This document shows, one piece after another, positions 10,086 to 18,525 of a stretch of DNA of 64,000 nt; position 1 is the stretch's first letter, and each line of letters starts with the position of its first letter. The stretch is from IMG/VR virus record IMGVR_UViG_3300036760_000522, positions 186,001-250,000 of that record; one strand, given 5' to 3'. The position numbers and the translations under genes were made by a program. The notes beneath the pieces are model-generated. The model was not told the origin of the DNA, ran no database searches, and saw nothing but the letters and a program-made list of their open reading frames with translations.

Positions 10086-10781
10086 TTAGATGTCGGCGTA
10101 ACCCCGGCCTCTTCGGGCACGAGGTCGAACCAGGAAGAATTCAAAAGATCCGTGAGTAGGAGACGCTACAGGTGTTCCGTGGACACCTGCGATTCCAACG
10201 TCGCGAAGCGTAATACCGCTCAAAGAAGTTCCTGGCGAGCCGTGGTTGAGCTTCCACCGACTCTGTAGACCGTTGACGATGTGATCGCTACCACGAGCCG
10301 CGAACAAAGCCTGGATCTCGTTGTCTGACAGAACCCTGGTGTAGAGCCGAATGTCTTCCAGGTAGCCGCCAAATGGGCGTCCACTGTCAACTGGACTAGC
10401 CCCGATTAGCAGATCAGATGTGTTAGTCCCAACCGAAGTTGGGACACCTCCAGAGCCATCCTCCACACCATTCACGTAGACTCGATGTTCCGTAGTGCCA
10501 TCTCGAATCCCGACAACAAAGTACGTTGTACTAGCCGAGATGGTTGTAGCCCCCGCAGCGACGGGATAGGACCCATTAAAAGTACCGAACTCTAAGACAT
10601 TGGAAGAGAGAACGCTGAATTCCCACCCTGATCCTGATCCTAGACTACCCTCTTTGGAGATGATCTCGTCGCGCGTTCCAGTGCTGTCACGACGAACCCA
10701 CGCCGTAACCGTCATGTTGTTCGTCGTCTCGTGATTGTCTGAGCAGTTGACCCAATTGGATCCGTTCAACAGGATCGACAT
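10086..10781 (-). CDS. LamG/concanavalin-A-like lectin domain protein
   Basis: MTVTAWV, RVYVNG, LLIGA, FGGYLEDIRLYTRVLSDNEIQAL: typical LamG_3 signature. Confidence 0.88.
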   Translation of the reverse strand: MSILLNGSNWVNCSDNHETTNNMTVTAWVRRDSTGTRDEIISKEGSLGSGSGWEFSVLSSNVLEFGTFNGSYPVAAGATTISASTTYFVVGIRDGTTEHRVYVNGVEDGSGGVPTSVGTNTSDLLIGASPVDSGRPFGGYLEDIRLYTRVLSDNEIQALFAARGSDHIVNGLQSRWKLNHGSPGTSLSGITLRDVGIAGVHGTPVASPTHGSFEFFLVRPRARRGRGYADI

Positions 10782-10811
10782 TGGACGGCCCGCATAAAAT
10801 CACAAACTGTG

Positions 10812-10845
10812 AAACCCATCTGGTTGTGGAGAACCAGATGGGTTT
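10812..10845. terminator. Perfect 14-bp inverted repeat, probable intrinsic terminator
   Basis: AAACCCATCTGGTT-gtggag-AACCAGATGGGTTT in the intergenic gap. Confidence 0.6.
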
Positions 10846-10891
10846 GTTGTTACGCCAACAAAACTTGGAGGGTGGGTGCCGAAAGTCCCGA

Positions 10892-11380
10892 TCAGGTAAC
10901 TCGCGCTCTGTAGGTGATTCGGAGCTTGTCTGCCGTAGTCTTGTTTACTGCCGTGAACGTCGACCGAGACAAAGCCGAACCACCAGGGCTCGTGTTCTGG
11001 TTCAACACAACAACCTCACGGATGTTGGTCGCCGACTTCGTACCGCCGCCAGACGGATACGAGATCACCCACTGGAACGTTCTGGTGGCCGCCAGAAGGG
11101 TTTTGCTGTCGACGGTATTCAACGTACCGGTCACAGGTGTAACCACGTTGGTCTGACCGCTGTTGGCAGCAACGCCCGACGTTCCGATCCTCATCTGATC
11201 GAAGTCGTTGGTATTGAGGCCTGTGGCCTGGCGCCAGATTTGGCGCTTGCCTGTGTTGACGACCAAGTTCAACGCGGTCCGGCGTTGAACGACCTTTGGC
11301 CCGTGCTTTCCAGAACGAATGACTTCAACTGTGAAGATCCCGCGGGCCGTCAGGGTCTCCGTTGCTTCGATGGGCTGCAT
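10892..11380 (-). CDS. Thr-rich tail-collar/fibre subunit-like protein (162 aa)
   Basis: Start reassigned to ATG 11380 (GGAGG SD upstream); NLVVNTG and IREVVVLN...SRSTFTAVNKT...LRITY resemble tail-collar fibre domains. Confidence 0.65.
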   Translation of the reverse strand: MQPIEATETLTARGIFTVEVIRSGKHGPKVVQRRTALNLVVNTGKRQIWRQATGLNTNDFDQMRIGTSGVAANSGQTNVVTPVTGTLNTVDSKTLLAATRTFQWVISYPSGGGTKSATNIREVVVLNQNTSPGGSALSRSTFTAVNKTTADKLRITYRARVT

Positions 11381-13223
11381 TGAGTGTTTCCTCCAACAGT
11401 TTGATATTGGCTTGCGCCTCCTCGAACGCCACGGATTCGGCATCGTCTGGAAGCAGCTCTAACACTCTGCGAGCGTAATAAAGACTTTCGTCGAGCTTCC
11501 CCAATTCAGCAAAAACAGTGGTCAGCCGCTGGCACGGCAGCCAGGTATAGCTAGCCATGTCGATCCACCAGATTGTGAAGGGTGGTTGCCCTATCGTGGT
11601 CGAAGCGTAGAGGTAGAAAGAAAGGGCTTCCTCGTAACGCTCAGCAATGTAAGCCAAATCTCCGAGACGTAGCCAATGCTCAGTCCGGCTCCAATCGTCT
11701 TCAGTGGCACGAATCAACACCTCTCGGGCCTTCCCCCATTGCTGTTCCGCGGTGTAAAGCTTCGCAAGCACAAGTCGTGTGTGATACCTGAGAGGCCCAT
11801 TCTTGGGAGGCAACGACAAGAACTCTTCAAGTCGTGCAATCGCACGCTTCGGGTCGTGTTCGCGCCACTCAGCTCCCAAATAGTGTAGCGAGTTTTCGTT
11901 GCGATTCGTGATCCAGTCATCCATCAGTGATTTGCGGTTCTGGACTTTCCTCTGCTTCTGTCGTGCCAGCTCACGGTCCTTTGCTCGTTCGTGTAAAGTT
12001 TGAACCTGTGGAAGTGTGATCGCCAAGTAGTCCGGCGGATAGTCCAACGTATTGTGTGTACCACGTGTGTAGCGAATCTTCGGGTCATTACGGCAGAGCC
12101 AAGGAAACACCCACCGTTGACCTGTACCTGTACGAAAAACAACGCCAACTTTCGCGCCCTTCGGCATCTGATCAAGACCGAGCAATGCTTCGAAACCTGA
12201 AATCAGACGCTCATGACCTTCCGTCATGAAAATCCAGTCAGACGTGCAATGGTCCAGGCACTGATTGCGGACCCACGCAAAATGGATCTGCTTTTGGATT
12301 TTCTCCTCGTCAGAAACTATCTCACCCAGTTCAATGAGATCCATCTTCGGCGGACCTGAAGGCTGATCCAAATCAAATACGACATCCGCGTACTTCTCAG
12401 CAATCTCTCGCGTGTTGTCGACAGTTCTCGGATCGATTCCGATCACCATCTCATCAGCGACTCCGCGAAAGCTCGCAAGCGTTGCTTCAAGGTCCTCAGC
12501 CTCGTCACGGACAGGCATCGTCACAGACAATGTGAACGACTTAGGGAAACCGCAGACCGCCAACAAATACGGGCCGAGTACCTCGATCCGCACATCTTTG
12601 AAGTATTGTGCCAAGTCACGCTTGAAGCTCATGGCATTGTATTTCACTGTGTGCTGAGGTTCTTCATCAGGACCCAGACGATCATTCGGTACCGAGAGTA
12701 ACGCTCGTCCCTCTTGAGCCGCCAACTTGAAAATCAAAGCCCGCGTCTCAGCAGACATGTGTTCGACGAACTCTGTCGCTACTACTATTGCTGGGGACTC
12801 TTCGTGAATCAGGTCACCGTTGGTTCCAACTAAGGCACGATGCGACAGCGCACGACGTATTTCACTTTCCTGATTCAAATCCGCGACTACCGTCTCGAGG
12901 TCTTTTTCCTTCGCTTGTTGCAAAGCCTCCGTGCTGTGGTCAACAACCAGGACATTGGCCTTACGGGTGTCTCTGAGACGCGCTCCCAATACCCCAGTAC
13001 CTCCACCGAGATCTACGACACGGGCATGGTACGGGAGAATGCGTTCAATCCTCGTGTACACTTGGCTCAACGCTTGTTTACGCCATTCCTCTTGATCCTT
13101 GTCTTTCCAAAGACGATTCCAAAGATCCGGCGAGTTCGCCAGACGCGCCTGACGCTCTGCCATAGCTGCATCCAAGGCAGCCCTGTCCGCCGTGACCGTA
13201 CCGGTCACATCTGAGGTATCCAT
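11325..13223 (-). CDS. SAM-methyltransferase + GT2 glycosyltransferase + TPR fusion
   Basis: VVDLGGGTG and TEFVEH (class I MTase); LSVTMPVRDEAEDL...FAWVRN...DWIF (GT2); C-terminal TPR-like helices; AAGGAG SD. Confidence 0.85.
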   Translation of the reverse strand: MDTSDVTGTVTADRAALDAAMAERQARLANSPDLWNRLWKDKDQEEWRKQALSQVYTRIERILPYHARVVDLGGGTGVLGARLRDTRKANVLVVDHSTEALQQAKEKDLETVVADLNQESEIRRALSHRALVGTNGDLIHEESPAIVVATEFVEHMSAETRALIFKLAAQEGRALLSVPNDRLGPDEEPQHTVKYNAMSFKRDLAQYFKDVRIEVLGPYLLAVCGFPKSFTLSVTMPVRDEAEDLEATLASFRGVADEMVIGIDPRTVDNTREIAEKYADVVFDLDQPSGPPKMDLIELGEIVSDEEKIQKQIHFAWVRNQCLDHCTSDWIFMTEGHERLISGFEALLGLDQMPKGAKVGVVFRTGTGQRWVFPWLCRNDPKIRYTRGTHNTLDYPPDYLAITLPQVQTLHERAKDRELARQKQRKVQNRKSLMDDWITNRNENSLHYLGAEWREHDPKRAIARLEEFLSLPPKNGPLRYHTRLVLAKLYTAEQQWGKAREVLIRATEDDWSRTEHWLRLGDLAYIAERYEEALSFYLYASTTIGQPPFTIWWIDMASYTWLPCQRLTTVFAELGKLDESLYYARRVLELLPDDAESVAFEEAQANIKLLEETLNAAHRSNGDPDGPRDLHS

Positions 13224-13268
13224 GTATTCTCCTTTGCCGTGCTCTCTAGAACACCGGCTGAACAGTCG

Positions 13269-14093
13269 TCAGCGGTCTTCGCGCCGACGTGGAGGTGTGG
13301 GATTGACGACAAAATGCTCAATCGTCTCAGGTTGCGTTCGCGGGATCACTTGCGTTCGCGCAGGGGCTGCATTTGTGAATGCCGGGGGTGGTCGTCGCTT
13401 GACCAGGATCGCAGTCAAATCAGATTCGCCTGTAAGCGTCGCTGACAAGATCCCATTGACCCACGAATACGTCTCGTCCGAGGTCGTGAACACGTCGAGC
13501 ACTGGAGCCCGATCATAGGCAGCTGCTGTACTTGTTTCGTCTGACGCAGCAACTGAGTCTTGGGGAAAGACGTCTTTGGCAAGACCTGCGGCCAAAGACT
13601 CAGCGACAGTAATCGTGTCTGAAAGTGTCAACGCGACGTCGATCGCGTAAGCCACTGAATCCGCCAACAACGCAGAATCCGAAACAACGCGCCCTAGCTC
13701 TGTCGCCGCCGAAACAGTGTCGGTAGTCGACATGTTGTCTGTCGACGTACTTTCCTGAACGAGTCCTGCTGTGATGCTGTCGGCAACAACTGCTGCATCC
13801 CCTAACGTGTATTGGTACTCTGCGGCAAGGGCGACTAGGTCTGGGTCCAAAGACAGTACATCATCTGAGGATCTGCCGTACGCCAGGCTTCCTGCTGCGG
13901 TATCCGGATCCAAAGAAGCTGTGTCGCCGAAAACACGCTCGTAGCTCAAGTCATCCAACAATGTATCGGTTGACGTATCCTCATCTTCCGAAGGCTGGCG
14001 GTCAAACATCGATGTACCTGTCGACAACAAATCGAACGCGGGTTCGTCGAGAACGCCAACAAGTTCGTCCGAAGTCACATCAAAAAGTGCCAT
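13269..14093 (-). CDS. Acidic repeat structural protein (same ~20-aa D-x5-D repeat as the giant protein)
   Basis: GDAAVVADS, TDNMSTTDT, SDSALLADS, SDTITVAES and others; Pro/Arg-rich tail. Confidence 0.8.
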   Translation of the reverse strand: MALFDVTSDELVGVLDEPAFDLLSTGTSMFDRQPSEDEDTSTDTLLDDLSYERVFGDTASLDPDTAAGSLAYGRSSDDVLSLDPDLVALAAEYQYTLGDAAVVADSITAGLVQESTSTDNMSTTDTVSAATELGRVVSDSALLADSVAYAIDVALTLSDTITVAESLAAGLAKDVFPQDSVAASDETSTAAAYDRAPVLDVFTTSDETYSWVNGILSATLTGESDLTAILVKRRPPPAFTNAAPARTQVIPRTQPETIEHFVVNPTPPRRREDR

Positions 14094-14101
14094 AGTTCAC
14101 C

Positions 14102-14491
14102 TCACACACAAAAACTGGAACGCAAACCTTGTTCGACAAAGCTCGGCAAGTTCACAACATCGAACCCCAGTGTTATCCGTTGCGACGGAGATGGGGCAAA
14201 AGCAAAATCGAGGACCCAACGGCCAAGCGACGAAGGAAAAAAGCGGATGCCGTAGCTTGACGAAGGCATCTCCGCCCAGTAAACCGAACCTGCGACGATC
14301 AAGCCGTCCGCAACACCGACACCGTCGACCAGGGTCCAACCAACCGCCTGGTTGTTGACCGTCAATGTGAATCCAATGCTCGCCGGCAAGAGACCGGTGA
14401 CTGGATTGAAGAAGTCCGAATTGAAGATATCAACCTGATCGAAGACGACCTGGTTGATTTGTACCGACCGATTGCGAAACGTCGCAGCCAT
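14102..14491 (-). CDS. Hypothetical beta-rich structural protein
   Basis: 129-aa ORF tightly packed in the operon. Confidence 0.7.
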   Translation of the reverse strand: MAATFRNRSVQINQVVFDQVDIFNSDFFNPVTGLLPASIGFTLTVNNQAVGWTLVDGVGVADGLIVAGSVYWAEMPSSSYGIRFFPSSLGRWVLDFAFAPSPSQRITLGFDVVNLPSFVEQGLRSSFCV

Positions 14492-14502
14492 CTCGGCTCA
14501 GA

Positions 14503-14889
14503 TCACGTCTCGGCAATGCTGAAAAACCCAGCCGGGAAAAATACGACATTGCCAATGTCGATGTCCTTCGGGGTAGCCAGGTCACCAAAGTAGAGCATGT
14601 TGCCAGCCGTCAACGCGTCGTACACTTTGACACCTACGGCAGGATTACCCCAAGCTTCAAGAGGAGTCGGAAACGTGATCGGAGCCGAGATGCTCGACAC
14701 GTTCAACACAGGTACAGCAAACGCCATGAGTTGCCGCACGTAAGACGGAGCAGTGACTTCCAATCCACCGCCAGCGCTTGTCGGAGCGGTCGTCGTAAGA
14801 GCCAAATACCAAGCGGTCGGAGGCGTGAAAAGGATCCCCCGAAGATTGTGATTCAGGTTTGCGACTCGCAAATAATCGCTCTTGTTCAC
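14503..14889 (-). CDS. Small phage tail-fibre-type protein
   Basis: YLALTTTAPTSAGGGLEV...SYVRQ...ITFP...YDALTAGNMLYFG pattern common to small phage fibre proteins; GGAGG SD. Confidence 0.75.
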   Translation of the reverse strand: MNKSDYLRVANLNHNLRGILFTPPTAWYLALTTTAPTSAGGGLEVTAPSYVRQLMAFAVPVLNVSSISAPITFPTPLEAWGNPAVGVKVYDALTAGNMLYFGDLATPKDIDIGNVVFFPAGFFSIAET

Positions 14890-14913
14890 GGAAGGTCCTC
14901 CACTTTCAATCGA

Positions 14914-15195
14914 TCAGGCGTGACAGGCGGCTTTGAGGTTCTTCAACGTCGTTGCGTACGGGAGAGCTGCAACCTTGCCCTGACTCGAGTACCAACCGTT
15001 TCGCAAGGAGTCGAAGTTAGCCAGGCTCGTGTCGAGAACGAAAGTCGTTTTGTTGTTTGCCTTTTCCGTCCGCAGCAGCGGGCATCCAGCAACAGACAAG
15101 TAGGCCGCGAAATACAAGTCAGTAGTTTTGTACTGAGGAGAAGGCGTTGAGTTGGGTTCTGATTTTTGCGGTGAGTTGGGTTCTGATTTTTCCAT
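14914..15195 (-). CDS. DUF5659-like small protein
   Basis: YKTTDLYFAAYL...TTFVL motif. Confidence 0.7.
   Translation of the reverse strand: MEKSEPNSPQKSEPNSTPSPQYKTTDLYFAAYLSVAGCPLLRTEKANNKTTFVLDTSLANFDSLRNGWYSSQGKVAALPYATTLKNLKAACHA
15148..15191. repeat. 20-bp direct repeat, period 24 bp (KSEPNS x2)
   Basis: TGAGTTGGGTTCTGATTTTT at 15148 and 15172. Confidence 0.9.
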
Positions 15196-15288
15196 CTTGT
15201 TTTGGACCTAAAACGTCAATTGACGATAAAGGGATAGGGTTTCTGGATCGGAGGTCGAATCGGGATATTGATTTTGAGTGTGACGGTC

Positions 15289-16458
15289 CTACAAAATGTT
15301 GATCGTAGGAGCCGAGTCCGTCACTGCCATTGTATCCCCCAACACAACATCGAGTGAATTGATGGATACTTGTGAGGATACGTGTCCTCGAACTTGCACA
15401 CGAACCAGCGTGGCCAACGTAAGACCTGAAACCAACGAAGCCGGAACCACGATTGAAGTCGCCGAAACGGATCCACCTGCCTGCTCAATTCGAACCTGAT
15501 CAAGCCGAATGATCGTCTGTCCTGTAATCAACTGAACGACAGTTTCCTTGCTGTCGAACGAGCCAAGGCCTACACCCGTAATCGTCACGGTCCCAGCCAA
15601 AACCACGAGTGTGATGTTGGGCAGTGGCGCAGTGAAGAGCGAAACTCCGTCGTCTTGTATCACAGACACAGCAGCGCCATTGGGCAAACCGCGACGAGAA
15701 TCTGGGTTGAAAGCTGAACTCCGATAGCCAAAAATCTGGCCCACCATGAAGCTTTCAACTGCGACAGTGGTTTCGATAAACTGCGGCGCAATCGCGTCCG
15801 CCAAATTCTCATGCGTACCACGACTCGTTGGCACCAAAGACAAAGCAGATGAATTGGTGCTTGCGCCAACCCCACTGATCGTTGCGACCGACACGTCTAA
15901 AACTCCGGCAACCGGGTTCAAAGCCGTGATGTACGTCGCAGCAGCAGGCATCGTCCGAGCAAGAGCCGCAGCACCAAGACCGAGAGGTGTGTTCGCAACA
16001 GACCCGTTCGCAACAGAGTCAATTTCCACATAGGAAGAGACTCCATGTGGACCTTCCAGAGCGACTCTGGAACCGCTTCCTGTGCCTTGGCGTGCGGTGA
16101 CACCCAAGGCAGTCAAAACCGTGTTGAGAGCGGCCAGAAGCGTTGTCAGTGAAGCGTACGCCGCTTGCGGTACAAGTACGACGGTGAACGATGATGCTGA
16201 GCTCGTTCGAATCCGCAAGTCGTCGTTACCTGCATTGATCGTCAACGGAAAGGATCCGACAATGTCAGATCCTTGGATGGTAGCTCCCGCCCCTGTCGTG
16301 GCGTGTGCCAAGACAGCTTCAACTTCCGCCACCGTGGGCCGTCCCACATAACGCTCTTGACCACGAGGCTCAACAGGGGCTCGATGTTGTGAGATGGGTT
16401 CTACGTCTCCGATGAGAAGAGGCCCCGGTAGATCGCCACGAACAACTCCTAAACGCAT
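15289..16458 (-). CDS. Virion structural protein with C-terminal IPT/TIG-like Ig domain
   Basis: Ala/Gly/Ser/Thr/Val rich; TVTITGVGL...GGSVSATSIVV; paralogous ends with 16838..17443. Confidence 0.75.
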   Translation of the reverse strand: MRLGVVRGDLPGPLLIGDVEPISQHRAPVEPRGQERYVGRPTVAEVEAVLAHATTGAGATIQGSDIVGSFPLTINAGNDDLRIRTSSASSFTVVLVPQAAYASLTTLLAALNTVLTALGVTARQGTGSGSRVALEGPHGVSSYVEIDSVANGSVANTPLGLGAAALARTMPAAATYITALNPVAGVLDVSVATISGVGASTNSSALSLVPTSRGTHENLADAIAPQFIETTVAVESFMVGQIFGYRSSAFNPDSRRGLPNGAAVSVIQDDGVSLFTAPLPNITLVVLAGTVTITGVGLGSFDSKETVVQLITGQTIIRLDQVRIEQAGGSVSATSIVVPASLVSGLTLATLVRVQVRGHVSSQVSINSLDVVLGDTMAVTDSAPTINIL

Positions 16459-16473
16459 TGCTTTTGCTCCTTA

Positions 16474-16827
16474 CTAGAGACGGCCTCGAGCTTCATCGAA
16501 CTTCAAATTCTGTAGTATCTGACCGTAGTCAGTGAAAAACTTGCTGATTGACCGAATGAACTCAAGGTCATCTGTGTTCCAAGCAAACTTTGCTTTCCTG
16601 AAATCGATCCGCATCCGGTTGATGAGTTTGACGTAGAGGGGTGCACGATCAAGCTGCCTGAACTCTGGAATTGCAGCTACAACTTGGTTGAGTTTGGCTT
16701 CTGCGAACTTGAGTAGGTTTCTCCGGTACGGGTCGGGAATGAGGTTTTTTGGTTGCCACCGACGATCGGTTCGGTAAAAATTCTGGCCTTCTGCATCCAG
16801 AATTTGTGGGATGATACTGAACGCCAC
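16474..16827 (-). CDS. Hypothetical protein
   Basis: 117-aa ORF within the operon. Confidence 0.7.
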   Translation of the reverse strand: MAFSIIPQILDAEGQNFYRTDRRWQPKNLIPDPYRRNLLKFAEAKLNQVVAAIPEFRQLDRAPLYVKLINRMRIDFRKAKFAWNTDDLEFIRSISKFFTDYGQILQNLKFDEARGRL

Positions 16828-16837
16828 ACGACTTCAT

Positions 16838-17443
16838 TCAAACAAGTGTGAACTGGTTACTCAACTGACCGTCGGCACGAACTCGAACCACATCCCCTGG
16901 AGCAAGGCCCACGATCAGGGTCGAGTCGATCACGATCGACGTAGCGCCTACAGCGCCCGGTGGAACCGCAATGATTTGCGCTTGCGTCAACGTGACATTT
17001 CCAACTCCGGCTCCCGTCAACGTCACGCTGGTAATGTCAGGCGACGTTGAAACGAAACCTGTTCCTGTGATCGTCAAATCTCCGGCAGCCGGTGAGTTGA
17101 GCGTCAAGGCTGTGATGACAGGAGCTGTCAAATCACTCGGACTGAACGTGAGGCTGGTGATCAACCCTGCATTCAAGAGGCCACGAATCTTGCCACCATC
17201 ACGACTGTGTACGACACGCGTCGTGAGTCGCAAATCGATGTAGCCAGGAATCAACGGCTCACCGGCTTTCGTGCGTCGTACGTAGCACGGTTGCTTCGGC
17301 TCATTCGCATAGCCGTCGCGTTTGTAGGCTCGAGGATCCCCTGTACTACCTAGGCGGTGAGCGCCCTTATTTGGCAGACCGTCGTCGATGTCGTCGACAA
17401 GAATCGGACCCTGAACCGTTTGGGCGTGTATGAGTCGCAGCAT
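16838..17443 (-). CDS. Virion structural protein with IPT/TIG-like Ig domain
   Basis: APVITAL...GDLTITGTGF...GAVGATSIVI; AGGAG SD. Confidence 0.8.
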   Translation of the reverse strand: MLRLIHAQTVQGPILVDDIDDGLPNKGAHRLGSTGDPRAYKRDGYANEPKQPCYVRRTKAGEPLIPGYIDLRLTTRVVHSRDGGKIRGLLNAGLITSLTFSPSDLTAPVITALTLNSPAAGDLTITGTGFVSTSPDITSVTLTGAGVGNVTLTQAQIIAVPPGAVGATSIVIDSTLIVGLAPGDVVRVRADGQLSNQFTLV

Positions 17444-17448
17444 TTTGA

Positions 17449-17483
17449 GGCTCCTACGTTCAGGAGCCCAATAAAGGAACTAG
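17449..17483 (-). promoter_or_regulatory. Putative late promoter plus hairpin sequestering the SD of 16838..17443
   Basis: CTAGTTCCTTTAT-tg-GGCTCCT-gaacgt-AGGAGCC-tcaaa-ATG. Confidence 0.55.
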
Positions 17484-18127
17484 CGAGGCAAGTAGTTCAC
17501 AAGCGCAGCCGAGAACGCTACCGTGCCCCCAGAGCCTCTTACCAGGACAGTGTCCTGTGGACCTTCCTCGTAACTCAAAACTGTCTGGGGAGCCACCTGA
17601 CGTTCTGGACCGCCTCTTTGGACAGCCACGTACAAGTTGGTACCGCCTGAAGCTGCCTCGTTCTTGAGGTAGAGATCACGGGTACGGAACAGCCAAAGCT
17701 CGAGTGAGCCGGCCACAGTCGCAGCGTTTGGTGCTGTACCCGCGATTTGCACTCGAGCGTGCCCATAGCGTTCCGCATCTGTCAAAACGATAGTCGGAGG
17801 GCCTGCCGTGCCGGCAACCCCGACATAATCCACAGGGACAAATCTCAGCCAAAAGTGTTGCGTATCGGAGATCCCTGCTAACGCAGCAAACGACGTAGGA
17901 TCGAAAGCGATCCGAATCTCATCGCGCGAATTGCTAATCGCCTGCAAGACGGCTGAATTGAGATTTGGGTCCAAATACCCTGAGGAGATGTCTGCGGTCA
18001 AAATCGGCGTGAAAGCGGCATCGAAATTAGTAGCCGCTTCCAAACGGTACCCTTTGACGCCGGACCGCTTTGGTGTCAACAAGTCGACGAGGTGTGGCCG
18101 ACGGCGAAAGATCGAAAAGTCCCTCAT
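17480..18127 (-). CDS. Hypothetical (probably structural) protein
   Basis: 215-aa beta-rich ORF; ATGA overlap with the upstream gene. Confidence 0.75.
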   Translation of the reverse strand: MRDFSIFRRRPHLVDLLTPKRSGVKGYRLEAATNFDAAFTPILTADISSGYLDPNLNSAVLQAISNSRDEIRIAFDPTSFAALAGISDTQHFWLRFVPVDYVGVAGTAGPPTIVLTDAERYGHARVQIAGTAPNAATVAGSLELWLFRTRDLYLKNEAASGGTNLYVAVQRGGPERQVAPQTVLSYEEGPQDTVLVRGSGGTVAFSAALVNYLPR

Positions 18128-18525
18128 GAGGTCGCTTCCTTTGCAACAAGTGCGTCATAAGTAGAAGCGGCTTCGTTACCTTTTGTTGCCCGAACTTGCT
18201 CTCGAGCATCGGCCCAAGTTGCAGCTTCAGCCCCTGCTAGGTTGGGTACTAGACGTGGCTTTTCCACGTGGTCTCTCTCACGCTTAGCGAGAACGTTTCG
18301 ATGCTGGGCTCGATATTTGTTCTCCTTGCCAGCCTTCGACATCCAGCCACCGGAGACGCCATCTTTCAATACAGTGCGGAAGGACGCCGTCAGCACCAAC
18401 TTGAGCGGACGGTTTTCATCGTCGAGTATTTGTTTAGCACCAGACTTGACAGAGTCGAACTCTTCGAACGAGAGTCGACGAGACACCTGAACCCCGTTCT
18501 GATCTTGAAATGTGTAAACAGGCAT
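18124..18525 (-). CDS. FmdB-like (MPxY) protein lacking the zinc-ribbon cysteines
   Basis: Starts MPVYTFQD; later VLKDGVSGGW. Confidence 0.65.
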   Translation of the reverse strand: MPVYTFQDQNGVQVSRRLSFEEFDSVKSGAKQILDDENRPLKLVLTASFRTVLKDGVSGGWMSKAGKENKYRAQHRNVLAKRERDHVEKPRLVPNLAGAEAATWADAREQVRATKGNEAASTYDALVAKEATS

